A DNA stretch of 64,000 bases from Planctomycetota bacterium. Lineage in GTDB: Bacteria > Planctomycetota > UBA1135 > UBA2386. The position numbers were made by a program, and so were the translations under genes. Positions 20,982 through 30,066 of the stretch are shown here, in pieces (within the stretch, counting starts at the first letter, position 1; each line of letters begins with the position of its first letter). The stretch is from NCBI GenBank assembly GCA_965223545.1, contig OZ245006.1, forward strand, positions 4,064,001-4,128,000. Reading direction: 5' to 3'. Under the pieces are notes generated by a model. The model saw only the letters and a program-made list of their open reading frames with translations. It was not told where the DNA came from and did not search any database.

Positions 20982-21619
20982 AGTCACACAGCCGAGCACG
21001 CTGGATTGCCCGCTTCGGCGCGCCCGTCGTGCGCGTGCTGGCGTGGTCCTGGCGTGTCCGGCTGTACGCCCCGGGCATGACCGGCCCGCCGGATGAAGCG
21101 CTGGTGGCGTTCTTGCACGGCGACATGCTCATGCCCGCGGTGGCCTACCGCGACTTGCCCGCCGCGGTGATCGTCAGCGAGCATGGCGATGGGGAGCTGA
21201 TCACGCAGGTGATGCAGCGCTTGGGCAAGCACCGGGCAATCCGAGGATCGAGCTCGCGCGGCGGCTCCCGAGCGCTGTTGCAGATGATGCGCGGCCGCAC
21301 GGATCTGATCTGGGCGGTGACCCCCGATGGCCCGCGCGGCCCGCGCGGCTCGGTCCACCCGGGCGTGCTGATGCTGGCCTCGAAGAGCGGCCGCAAGATC
21401 TTGCCACTGGGCTTTGCTGTCTCGCGTGCCGCGCGGATGCGCTCGTGGGATCGGTTCGTGGTGCCGTTGCCGTTCGCCCGCGTGGTTTGCGTGGGCGGGC
21501 CGCCGCTCTCGGTCCCGGCAAAGCTCTCCCGCGGCACGCGGGAGGAGTTTGCCACCGAGCTGCAGCGCCGCTTGCAAGCGGCGCACGAGGATGCAGCCGA
21601 GCGGCTCGCCAGCTGGTAA
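20978..21619 (+). CDS. DUF374 / lysophospholipid acyltransferase-like protein
   Basis: SEHGDGE, IRGSSSRGG, TPDGPRGP and SWDRFVVPLPF; TTG start overlaps the upstream stop. Confidence 0.88.
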   Translation: MKSHSRARWIARFGAPVVRVLAWSWRVRLYAPGMTGPPDEALVAFLHGDMLMPAVAYRDLPAAVIVSEHGDGELITQVMQRLGKHRAIRGSSSRGGSRALLQMMRGRTDLIWAVTPDGPRGPRGSVHPGVLMLASKSGRKILPLGFAVSRAARMRSWDRFVVPLPFARVVCVGGPPLSVPAKLSRGTREEFATELQRRLQAAHEDAAERLASW

Positions 21620-21629
21620 AAGAACGGGC

Positions 21630-21941
21630 GTGCCGAGGTCTTCCGCCGTCTTGCGCCGCGCGCCGTTGCTCGCGGCCGTCCTGTGTGTCCTCTTCAGCGC
21701 GAGCTGTGTCACGCACACCCACCGGGTCGGGGTGGGCGGCACCGGGGTCGGTCAGGCCAGCGCCCGCCAGTACTACCTGTTCTTTGGCCTGGCGCGGCTC
21801 AACACGGTCGAGGAGGGGCGCTTGGCGCCGGACGTGACCAGCTACGACGTGCGCACCGAGTTCTCGTTCGTCGACTTCCTGCTCACTCCGTTCTTGCTGC
21901 CGCTGACCATGACCTCGCGCACGGTCACCGTCTACCGCTGA
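21630..21941 (+). CDS. Small Bor/Iss-like lipoprotein
   Basis: Lipobox SASC, YYLFFGL and a C-terminal RTVTVY pattern resembling the Bor family. Confidence 0.65.
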   Translation: MPRSSAVLRRAPLLAAVLCVLFSASCVTHTHRVGVGGTGVGQASARQYYLFFGLARLNTVEEGRLAPDVTSYDVRTEFSFVDFLLTPFLLPLTMTSRTVTVYR

Positions 21942-21960
21942 TGCGCGGGGGGGCGGGGTC

Positions 21961-22791
21961 GTGAGCGCTGCCCGCACGCTGCGGTTCGTCAAGATGGAGG
22001 GCGCCGGCAACGACTACGTCTACGTCGACGGCGTCGTCCAGCCGTGGTTCATCGATCGGGCGCCGGCGTGGGCGCGCCGGTTGGCCGACCGCCACTTCGG
22101 CATCGGCGGTGACGGTTTGATCGTCCTCTCCGGCCAGCCGCCGCGCCTGCAGATGTCGATGTGGAACGCCGATGGCTCGCGCGGAGCGATGTGCGGCAAC
22201 GGCCTGCGCTGTCTCGCCAAGCTCGCGTTCGACGCCGGCCACGCGCGCGGCGAGGCGGTGGAGTTGACGACGGATGCCGGTGTGCGGCGGGTGACGCCGG
22301 TGCGCGATGCCGCGGGAGTCATCGTCGGCGCTCGTGCCGAGCTCGGCCGGGTGACCGTGGCGGAGGCCCCGGGCCAAACGGTGATCGACGGCACGGTGGT
22401 CGAGTACTGGAGCGCCGACGCCGGCAACCCGCACGCCGTCGTGTTCGTCGACGAGCCGCCGGCGCGCGTTCCGTTGGCGCGGTGGGGGGCGTGGTTTCAG
22501 GCGCTCCCCGAGTTCGAGGGCGGGGTCAACCTGGAAGTGGTCCAGGTCACCGCCGAGAGCGAGCTCAGGCAACGGACCTTCGAGCGCGGATCGGGGGAGA
22601 CGTTGGCCTGTGGCTCCGGCGCCGCCGCGGTGGCGGTCGCCGCCTGCCGCGCGGGCCACGTCGATCACTTGCCGGCGCGCGTCGAGCTCGACGGTGGTTG
22701 CCTCGTGGTTCACCCCTCGCCGAGCGGGGTTGTGCTGGAGGGACCGGCTCGTACCGTGTTCACTGGCGAGATCGAAATGGGAGCGGACTGA
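21961..22791 (+). CDS. dapF: Diaminopimelate epimerase
   Basis: KMEGAGNDY, FGIGGDG, NADGS..MCGNG, GNPHAV and ERGSGETLACGSG. Confidence 0.97.
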   Translation: MSAARTLRFVKMEGAGNDYVYVDGVVQPWFIDRAPAWARRLADRHFGIGGDGLIVLSGQPPRLQMSMWNADGSRGAMCGNGLRCLAKLAFDAGHARGEAVELTTDAGVRRVTPVRDAAGVIVGARAELGRVTVAEAPGQTVIDGTVVEYWSADAGNPHAVVFVDEPPARVPLARWGAWFQALPEFEGGVNLEVVQVTAESELRQRTFERGSGETLACGSGAAAVAVAACRAGHVDHLPARVELDGGCLVVHPSPSGVVLEGPARTVFTGEIEMGAD

Positions 22792-22839
22792 CCGTTCCGT
22801 GAGTTCGCCCCCGCAGTTCTTGTTTTCGCGGAGATCCCC

Positions 22840-23403
22840 ATGACCGGCTGGCTGATCGCTGGTGGCGTTGTTCTGTTGCTGATCATCATCGTCGCGTCGA
22901 TGTACAACGGGCTGGTCAAGCAACGCCAGCTGACGCAGAACGCCTGGAGCCAGATCGACGTGCAGCTCAAGCGGCGCTACGACCTGATCCCCAACCTGGT
23001 GGAGACGGCCAAGGGCTACATGGAGCACGAGCGCGAGACGCTGGAGGCGGTCACCAAGGCGCGGCAGATGGCGATCGACGCCAGCAAGGCCGATGACATC
23101 GCCGGCCAGATGAAGGCCGAGAACATGTTGACGTCGACGTTGCGCTCGCTCTTCGCGGTGAGCGAGAACTACCCCGACCTCAAGGCCAACGAGAACATGA
23201 TCCAGCTGCAGGAGGAGCTGACCTCGACCGAGAACCGGATCGGATTTGCTCGCCAGCACTACAACGACTCGGTGTCGACCTACAACACCAAGATCGAGTC
23301 GTTCCCGACCAACGTCATCGCCGGCATGTTCAGCTTCCGCATCGCCGAGTACTTCGAGATCGAGGATCCCCAGGAGCGCACCAACGTCAAGGTGGAGTTC
23401 TGA
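22840..23403 (+). CDS. lemA: LemA family protein
   Basis: AWSQIDVQLKRRYDLIPNLV, ENYPDLKAN, ENRIGFARQHYN and FPTNVIA. Confidence 0.96.
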   Translation: MTGWLIAGGVVLLLIIIVASMYNGLVKQRQLTQNAWSQIDVQLKRRYDLIPNLVETAKGYMEHERETLEAVTKARQMAIDASKADDIAGQMKAENMLTSTLRSLFAVSENYPDLKANENMIQLQEELTSTENRIGFARQHYNDSVSTYNTKIESFPTNVIAGMFSFRIAEYFEIEDPQERTNVKVEF

Positions 23404-23425
23404 ACGGCGGAATGCAGTGAGGTCG

Positions 23426-24532
23426 GTGAGCGCATCCGAGGATCGGGGACGACTGCGCGCAACCGTCGGGTTGCGCGTGCTGGGCGCCGCGACCTGCCTG
23501 CTCGTCGCCGGCGCGGCGGTGGGCCAGTCGCCGGAGGGCCAGCCGCCGGTGGGAGGGACGCCGGAGGGAGAATCGGCGACCGACCCGGTGCGCGCTTGGC
23601 TGACCGCCGAGCGGCCGAGCGAGGAGCTGCGCACGGCGGCGGCGGCGGCGGTGTTGGATGAGGGTGCGCCCGCCCTGCGGCGCCTGGAGCGGCGGTTGAG
23701 CGAGGTCGGACCCGCCGCCGCCGAGACTGCGGCGGAGCGCACCCATCGCCAGCGGCTGGAGTCGCTGGCGGTGGCGGTCTCGCTCGGTTTTCTGGAGCGC
23801 GCCATCGACAGTGAGATGGTGTATGCGGGCCAGTACGAACCGCTGCGGGCACTGGCGCCGTACTCGGGCCGGCTGTTCCTCAACCTGCTGCTGCAGACTC
23901 CGGATTGGTTTCCCGACAACCGCCGGCTGCAGCTCGTGCCGGCGCTGCGCGACCTGTTTCCCGAATCGCCGGGGTCGGTGCCGGTGGCGCGAATGCGCGA
24001 CCTGGCGGCCGATACTCGCACCGAGTCGTTCGCCCTGCGCTTGGTGCTGGGCTACGCGCTGGCCCAGTGGGGCGATCCGGAGTTGGCCGACCGGCGTCTC
24101 GCCGAGCTGGAGTCGGAGAAGGAGCGCGGCAGGGGGAGCGATCGGTTGGACGCGCTGCGTTCGATCGCCGACTTCCACTACAACATGCGCGATTACCGCC
24201 GGGCGGCGCGCGCGCACCGCGCATTCCTCGAGGAGAGCGCGGACAGCGACTTCGGGTTGGTGCCGGCGGACTACTACAACGCCGCGTGTTGCCTCAACTT
24301 GGCCGGCGACCTACCCGCCGCCATCGAGATGATGGACCGTTGTTTCGATCTGCAGACCTCGCCGCACGTGGACCAGTCGGTGAAGCTGGCTCGCAAGCTG
24401 TTCGAGAACGACCCGGAGATCGCACCGCTGCGCGCGACTCCGCGCTTCCAGCGCCAGCTGGAGCAGGCGTTCGGGGCGGCCGACGACGGCAAGGCAGGCG
24501 AGGGCGGGGGCAAGGGCGTGGAACGAACGTAG
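23426..24532 (+). CDS. Exported alpha-helical (HEAT/TPR-like) protein
   Basis: Signal-like segment; YYNAACCL...DPEIAPLR pattern of a TPR-end domain; start uncertain. Confidence 0.7.
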   Translation: MSASEDRGRLRATVGLRVLGAATCLLVAGAAVGQSPEGQPPVGGTPEGESATDPVRAWLTAERPSEELRTAAAAAVLDEGAPALRRLERRLSEVGPAAAETAAERTHRQRLESLAVAVSLGFLERAIDSEMVYAGQYEPLRALAPYSGRLFLNLLLQTPDWFPDNRRLQLVPALRDLFPESPGSVPVARMRDLAADTRTESFALRLVLGYALAQWGDPELADRRLAELESEKERGRGSDRLDALRSIADFHYNMRDYRRAARAHRAFLEESADSDFGLVPADYYNAACCLNLAGDLPAAIEMMDRCFDLQTSPHVDQSVKLARKLFENDPEIAPLRATPRFQRQLEQAFGAADDGKAGEGGGKGVERT

Positions 24533-24535
24533 ACC

Positions 24536-26284
24536 GTGGGGCTGCCGCTCCCACTCCTCGCCGGGCTCGGCGTCTTGGTGCTGGCCGAGCAATGGGACCG
24601 GACTCTGCCGGGTGAGGCGTCCTGGTGGCGCCTCGCGTTGACCTCGGTCGTGGTGTTGCTGCCGTTCTTGATTGCGCGGCACACGGCGGCGGTGCTGCGG
24701 CGATCCTTGGCCCGCGGTGCGCGCGTGCCGCGCTGGTTGGCGGTCGTGCTGCGCCTGCAATGGTTGGCGGTGCCGGCGAGCTACGCGGTGCTGGTGATGC
24801 TGGGCGACCTGCCGCAGCTCGCGGTGCGCGTGGCACCCGAGAGCTTCACCGGCCTCATGCTGTGGTTGGGCCTGCCCCTGGTGGCGATGGACTTCGGCCT
24901 GCGCCGCGGCGAGGCCCGCGGAGTGCGCTGGTTGGAGCTGGCCGGCCGCTCCGCGCCGGCGGGCTACGGTCCCGACCGGCTGCGGATGACGGCGTTCTTG
25001 GCGACCCCGTTTCTCCTGCTGGCGATCCTGGCCGACGTGGCGGTGCTCGATCGGCGCGCCGAGGTGCTGCTGTTGGAGACCTCCATCGGTGGCTCGCTGG
25101 GCCTGCTGATCACCGGCGTCGGTTTGTGTTTCGCCCTGCCGCTGATCTTTCGCGTGCTGTTGCCGGTGTCGCGCGCACTGCCGCCGCGGCTGGCGCCCGA
25201 GCTCTACGCGACCGCCGAGCGGCTGGGCTTCTCGCGCCGCTGCTTGCTGTCGCTGAACACCGATCACCGCATGGTCAACGCGGCGCTGGTCGGCCCGTTT
25301 CGCTGGCCGCGCTACCTGGTGCTCACCGACGGCCTGTTGTCGCTGCTGGACCCTTTGGCTCTGCGGGGCGTGGTCGCGCACGAAGTCGGCCACGCCAAGG
25401 CCAACCACCCCGGTTGGCTGGTGCTGGTGTTCGCCTGCTTGCCGGTACTGCTCTACCACCCGGTGCTGATGGTCGACATCGAGGAGTGGCCGCAGTCGAC
25501 GACGATCGGGCTCGCGGTGGCGGGCGTGGTGATCGGCTGGCTCGCGCTGCGCGCCATGGCGCACCGCTTCGAGTACGAGGCCGACCAGCTGTCGGCCGAG
25601 GCACTCGGCGGCGCCGAAGCCTGCATCTCCGCCCTCCGGCGCGTCGGCGCAATGACGGGGACCGATCGGCGGCGCTCTTCGTTCCGGCATCCTTCCGAAG
25701 CGCGGCGCATCCGCAACCTGCTGCGCTGCGAGTCCGACACCGGCTTTCGCCAGCGGTTCTGGCGACGCGGCCGCCTCATGCGCGGCACCATCGCCCTCGT
25801 CGCGGTCATCTCGCTGGGCTTCTTCGGCTGGGCTCAGATGCGGCTGTGGTCGGGCGATCAGGCCCGCTACTTGTTCTACACCGGCCGTTTGACCGAGGCC
25901 CGGGCGCTGCTGGCCGCCGAGGTCGACGACGCGCCCGCCACGCAGCAGGTGTGGCTGCGCGACCTGTCGGCCGAGATCGACCGGATCGAGGAGTTGGGCG
26001 TCGAGCGCTCGCCCTGGCGGACCATGCGCGAGCAGATCGCCGCGCGGGCGGCGCCGCGGGCGCTGCGGGAGCTCGAGAACGGGCTCGAAACCGCCGCCCC
26101 GTGGGTAGGGCTGATGCTCTACAGCCCGGACGCCGCCGCCTGGCAACAGGCCTTGTATCTCTACTGCCGCGCCGCCGAGGACGAAGACGCCGACGAGAAG
26201 CGACGCATCGCGGAGCACTTGCGGGGCCTCGACCCGGCGCCGCCGGCGGCGGTGCTCGCGGTGCTACCCGCGGCCGGCAGTTGA
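24536..26284 (+). CDS. M48-family (HtpX/Ste24-like) membrane zinc protease with C-terminal extension
   Basis: Multiple TMs; VNAAL, LTDGLL, HEVGH, EYEAD and HPSEARRI motifs. Confidence 0.9.
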   Translation: MGLPLPLLAGLGVLVLAEQWDRTLPGEASWWRLALTSVVVLLPFLIARHTAAVLRRSLARGARVPRWLAVVLRLQWLAVPASYAVLVMLGDLPQLAVRVAPESFTGLMLWLGLPLVAMDFGLRRGEARGVRWLELAGRSAPAGYGPDRLRMTAFLATPFLLLAILADVAVLDRRAEVLLLETSIGGSLGLLITGVGLCFALPLIFRVLLPVSRALPPRLAPELYATAERLGFSRRCLLSLNTDHRMVNAALVGPFRWPRYLVLTDGLLSLLDPLALRGVVAHEVGHAKANHPGWLVLVFACLPVLLYHPVLMVDIEEWPQSTTIGLAVAGVVIGWLALRAMAHRFEYEADQLSAEALGGAEACISALRRVGAMTGTDRRRSSFRHPSEARRIRNLLRCESDTGFRQRFWRRGRLMRGTIALVAVISLGFFGWAQMRLWSGDQARYLFYTGRLTEARALLAAEVDDAPATQQVWLRDLSAEIDRIEELGVERSPWRTMREQIAARAAPRALRELENGLETAAPWVGLMLYSPDAAAWQQALYLYCRAAEDEDADEKRRIAEHLRGLDPAPPAAVLAVLPAAGS

Positions 26285-26343
26285 CGAACGGTTTGGGTAA
26301 GCTCGGGATGCCATAGTGATCTCGACCCCTTGAAGTGTAGGCA

Positions 26344-27321
26344 ATGAGATGGCTCGCGCTCCCAACCCTATTGGCAGTTGCGCTTGTCGGAGGCTGGGCA
26401 TGGATCAACTCGGTGCGCGAGACCGCGAAGGATCTCGCCGTGCAGGATGAGAGTTCGCCTGAGGGTTCGGGTCTCCGCGACTTGCGCCAACTCGAAACGG
26501 AACTCGCTTCGAATCGGCAGGCCGTGAGCGCGCTCGCTGCAGAGGTCGACAATGCCGCGCCGACAGAAAATGCCGCACCGACAGACAACGCCGTTGCGCC
26601 GGCCACTGGTGGTACGCGCGGCTCGGAGATCGATCGCGATGCCGAATGGGAGTCTCTCGGTCGGGTCAAGTTCTCGATCCCGGATTACCTGGTGGCGCGG
26701 GCAGGATCGGTGGAGCCCGAGCTCCTCTTTCGCCATGTAGATCTGAACCCCAGAGACCTGTACATCACCCCCTCCGAGCGAGACGGGATCGCGTTGTTCG
26801 TGGCGAACTACCAGCAACGTCTCGAAGAGTGCGACAGGCTACGCAAGGTCATCGCCGACAAGGAGTTTGCGGCGCTGATCGCGGCAGGGACAGCGCTCGT
26901 CGAAAGCGCGGACGTCTTGTCCTACGACTCCTACGTGCAAACGCTTGATGCTCCGGCGGCAGAACGGCTAAAGGAGCGCCGAGATCGGATCAGCAAACTC
27001 GCCCAACAGCAGCGTGTGCAGGCATACGGGCCCAACCCTACTCCGCCTGTGAACGTAATCGCTCGCATCGAGGATCCACAAATCGCCTTTCCTGGTAGAA
27101 AACTGGCCAAGTGGGTCATTCGAGACGGAAGGGTGTTTGCAGCAGAGATGACACAAATGCCGCTGACGGCGAAAGCGCGTGGGATACGAGACCACGTCGT
27201 GATCGAGCAATCCGCCACGCTGCTCTCGTTCTTCGTGGCGCGGACGGCCCTATCCGAGACCAAGCGGGTGGGGTTCTTGTCGAAAGTCCGCGAGAGGCTT
27301 CGAGGCGAGGACTGTGAATAG
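26344..27321 (+). CDS. Hypothetical membrane-anchored protein with atypical codon usage
   Basis: N-terminal hydrophobic segment; many A/T-ending codons; short AAPT(E/D)N repeat. Confidence 0.65.
   Translation: MRWLALPTLLAVALVGGWAWINSVRETAKDLAVQDESSPEGSGLRDLRQLETELASNRQAVSALAAEVDNAAPTENAAPTDNAVAPATGGTRGSEIDRDAEWESLGRVKFSIPDYLVARAGSVEPELLFRHVDLNPRDLYITPSERDGIALFVANYQQRLEECDRLRKVIADKEFAALIAAGTALVESADVLSYDSYVQTLDAPAAERLKERRDRISKLAQQQRVQAYGPNPTPPVNVIARIEDPQIAFPGRKLAKWVIRDGRVFAAEMTQMPLTAKARGIRDHVVIEQSATLLSFFVARTALSETKRVGFLSKVRERLRGEDCE
26551..26604 (+). repeat. 18-bp imperfect coding tandem repeat (about three units)
   Basis: AATGCCGCGCCGACAGAA / AATGCCGCACCGACAGAC / AACGCCGTTGCGCCGGCC. Confidence 0.6.
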
Positions 27322-27639
27322 ATGGCCCGGAGCAAGAGGATCATGGCGAGCGTCCGACTGCACGTGATCACGGGCCTCGCTGCACTGGTGGCCTTTCTCG
27401 CTTCGTTTCAGTGCACCATCCTGCTCTGGGCTTGGTTCCATGATGACGTTCCGCCCCCACCGAGCTCCCTCGGGATCGTGATCGGTATCGGCTTGATGCT
27501 GGCGATGACGGCAGCGTTTGCTCGCGTGGCTCGCAGGCGACTCGCCAAACGGAGTGCGGCGACGCAGTGGCTTGCGATCGCGTTCTTGGCGATCGCCTTG
27601 TGGCTGATCGTGCCGCAGGGGTTCACGTACGCTCAGTAG
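27322..27639 (+). CDS. Small three-TM hypothetical protein
   Basis: Abuts the upstream stop; three hydrophobic helices. Confidence 0.55.
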   Translation: MARSKRIMASVRLHVITGLAALVAFLASFQCTILLWAWFHDDVPPPPSSLGIVIGIGLMLAMTAAFARVARRRLAKRSAATQWLAIAFLAIALWLIVPQGFTYAQ

Positions 27640-29876
27640 CGGTTGGCTTCGACGGCCCAGGTCATCTGCTTCTGCCAGACGACGTTGCCGTTGCGGTCGA
27701 ATTCGCGCACGGCGGTGTTCTCGGCGACCAGGGTGTTGCCGTTGGGGAGTCGGTCGGCGTCGGAGGGTGCGTTGAGGCCGTCGATGGCGAACACCTCGAC
27801 GCCGGCGGGGTCGACTTCGACCACGCGGCTGACGGTGCGCAGGGTGATGAGGGTGTTGCCGTTGGGCAATCGCTCCGCGTCGTGGGCGGAGGGTTTGCCG
27901 GTGACTTCCCAGACGATCTCTCCCTCGGGGCTGACTTCGATGACCCGGTCGCCGATGACATCGGCGATGAGGGTGTTGCCGTTGGCTAGGCGGTCGGCGT
28001 CGAACGGCCGGATGTTGCGGTCGTATTGCCAGACGATCTCGCCCTCCGCGTCGACTTCGATCACTCGGCCGCGAAAGGTGTCGGCGATGAGGGTGTTGCC
28101 GTTGGGCAGTCGGTCGGCGTCGTAGGGGTTGCGCAGCTCTTCGAACGACCACACGAGAGTGCCGTCGCGCCGGATCTCCTGCACGCGGCTCACCGAGAAC
28201 TCGGTGATCAGGAGGTTGCCGTTGTCCAGGCACTCGACGTCCCACGCGCCGTAGACATCCTCGATGGCAAACACCTCGCGGCCCGATTCGTCGACCTCGA
28301 GCACCAGGTTCTGTGAGTAGTCGGCGATCAGCGTGAAGCCCCACAGCGCGCCGCCGGCGACGCCGAGCTCGATCGCGGCGATGTCGGCGACGTCCAGCTG
28401 TGCCACGCCCAGCACGGGCACGACGACGGCGATGGAGGCCGCGTTCGCGTCGGCGACGTAGCCGAGGACCCGGTCGCCGGTCGCCATGTCGATGCGGGTG
28501 TACAGATTGTTGTCCGGCGGGGTCGTCGGCGGTCGGCGCAGCAAGATGCCGGCAATGTCGCCGATGGGCAGTCGTTGCTCCGCACCGTCCTCGCCAATGA
28601 CGGTGGCGTGGTTGCTGTCGAGCGCATCGAGGCGACCATCGACGATCGAGTCATCCCGCAGCCGCACGCGGTCGAACCGGTCGGAAGCGCCGATCAGGCG
28701 GTCGAGGCCGGGGTCCAAGGCGATTCCCTGAATGGTCGAGCGCGGGATCTGGACCGGACCGTAGAGCGTGCTGTCGAGCACCACGTGCTCGTCGTCGACG
28801 CTGCGCAGCACGCCGGTCGCCAAGCTGCCCTGCCCCAAGAAGACGCGGCTCGTTCCGAGCGGCTCGACCGGCGCCGTGTCGAACTGAATCGGACCGCAGT
28901 CGGCGTAGGCGAGCTCGAGCTGCGACAAGCCCGAGATCGGTGAGTCGACGACGACGGCATCCGCGGTGATGTCGCGCAGCGACGTGGTCAGCGACGACCG
29001 GTCGCTGAGGGTGATGAGCGCGGGCCTGGGCTCGTCACCGGCTTGCCCAGCGGTCAACGACGCCGCGGCCGCGACGATCGGATCGCCGTTGCCGGCCGCT
29101 GCGCGCAGCACCTCGCCGCTGTCGGTGCGCCCGTGCAGACCGCGGATCACGCCGACCTTCTCGGTCTGCGTCAGCTCATCGCCGGCCAGCATGCCGGCGC
29201 AGAGCTCGAGAGCTTCATCGCCCCGCATGCGCGCAATCGCCGCCAGCGCCGCCCGCCGGTGGGCGGGCTGGGCGAGCATCGGCTCCAGCGCGCGCGCGTG
29301 CACGCCCTGGCCGTGGACGCCGAGCGCGCGCACCGCCCTGTTGCGCACGATCGAATCGGTGTGGCCCAACGCCGACAGCAGGCCGCGCGTCAATCGCTCG
29401 TCGGACTGCATGTAGAGCGCGGTGAGCACCAGCCCGCGCAGGATGTCGGTCTGTCGCAGCTCGCGCTCGGTCCCGCGGTCATTGATCTCCTCGATGATCC
29501 GCGCGCAGCGGATGCGCTCCTCGAGCAGGGGCGCGATCTCCTGCCGTTGCCGCAGCATTTGCCCGGCGTGGCCGCCGATCTCGATCAGCGCGCGTTCGGC
29601 TTGCTCCCGCTTGGCCCAGCGCGGATCGGTGAGCTGCTCGAGCAGGCGCTCGACCTTCAGGAGATACTCCCGGTGGTCGCCGTGGATCATCCCGGCGATC
29701 GCATGGCCGGCATCGGCCTCGGCGGCGACCAGCGTGCTCACCTGGGTGAGGTGGCTGAGCAGGTCGGTCTCGAGGAAGCCCTGCGCCCGGTTGATCAGCT
29801 CCTCCTCGGTCCATTGCTGTGCACCGATGGAGTGGGTGCAGATCAACAAAACCGCGACGGCGCGTCCGAAGTTCAT
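27633..29876 (-). CDS. Exported multidomain protein: HEAT repeats, four small beta modules, C-terminal beta-propeller
   Basis: AGGA RBS before MNFGRAV and a signal peptide; HEAT-like helices; repeats of DADRLPNGNTLIAD. Confidence 0.85.
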   Translation of the reverse strand: MNFGRAVAVLLICTHSIGAQQWTEEELINRAQGFLETDLLSHLTQVSTLVAAEADAGHAIAGMIHGDHREYLLKVERLLEQLTDPRWAKREQAERALIEIGGHAGQMLRQRQEIAPLLEERIRCARIIEEINDRGTERELRQTDILRGLVLTALYMQSDERLTRGLLSALGHTDSIVRNRAVRALGVHGQGVHARALEPMLAQPAHRRAALAAIARMRGDEALELCAGMLAGDELTQTEKVGVIRGLHGRTDSGEVLRAAAGNGDPIVAAAASLTAGQAGDEPRPALITLSDRSSLTTSLRDITADAVVVDSPISGLSQLELAYADCGPIQFDTAPVEPLGTSRVFLGQGSLATGVLRSVDDEHVVLDSTLYGPVQIPRSTIQGIALDPGLDRLIGASDRFDRVRLRDDSIVDGRLDALDSNHATVIGEDGAEQRLPIGDIAGILLRRPPTTPPDNNLYTRIDMATGDRVLGYVADANAASIAVVVPVLGVAQLDVADIAAIELGVAGGALWGFTLIADYSQNLVLEVDESGREVFAIEDVYGAWDVECLDNGNLLITEFSVSRVQEIRRDGTLVWSFEELRNPYDADRLPNGNTLIADTFRGRVIEVDAEGEIVWQYDRNIRPFDADRLANGNTLIADVIGDRVIEVSPEGEIVWEVTGKPSAHDAERLPNGNTLITLRTVSRVVEVDPAGVEVFAIDGLNAPSDADRLPNGNTLVAENTAVREFDRNGNVVWQKQMTWAVEANRY
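27721..28340 (-). repeat. 120-bp periodic coding repeat (propeller blades)
   Basis: GGGTGTTGCCGTTG recurs at 27731, 27851, 27971 and 28091, with degenerate copies at 28211 and 28331. Confidence 0.85.
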
Positions 29877-30066
29877 GGTTTCCTGGACTAGTGGCGTAGG
29901 TAGCTGTCGGGGACCATCGGCGCCGAACATAACGCGGAACGGGACTCGCCGGTTGCTGAACGACGCCGTAGATTTGACGTTGATCGCCGCGCGGCCGGGC
30001 TGCTGCCCCAGCCGGCCGCGTGCTCTTGCCCCATCAGGCAGCCCCATCGAACTCGAAGACGATCCT

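Noticed and set aside
27721..28340. Regularly spaced repeats resembling a CRISPR array
   Set aside because: The period is 120 bp, in frame within a protein, with similar inter-repeat sequence and no cas genes; these are propeller blades.
29422..30066. N-terminal extensions of the 1108-aa and 923-aa ORFs
   Set aside because: They overlap each other head to head; signal peptides place the real starts at 29876 (minus, with an RBS) and near 30067-30100 (plus).
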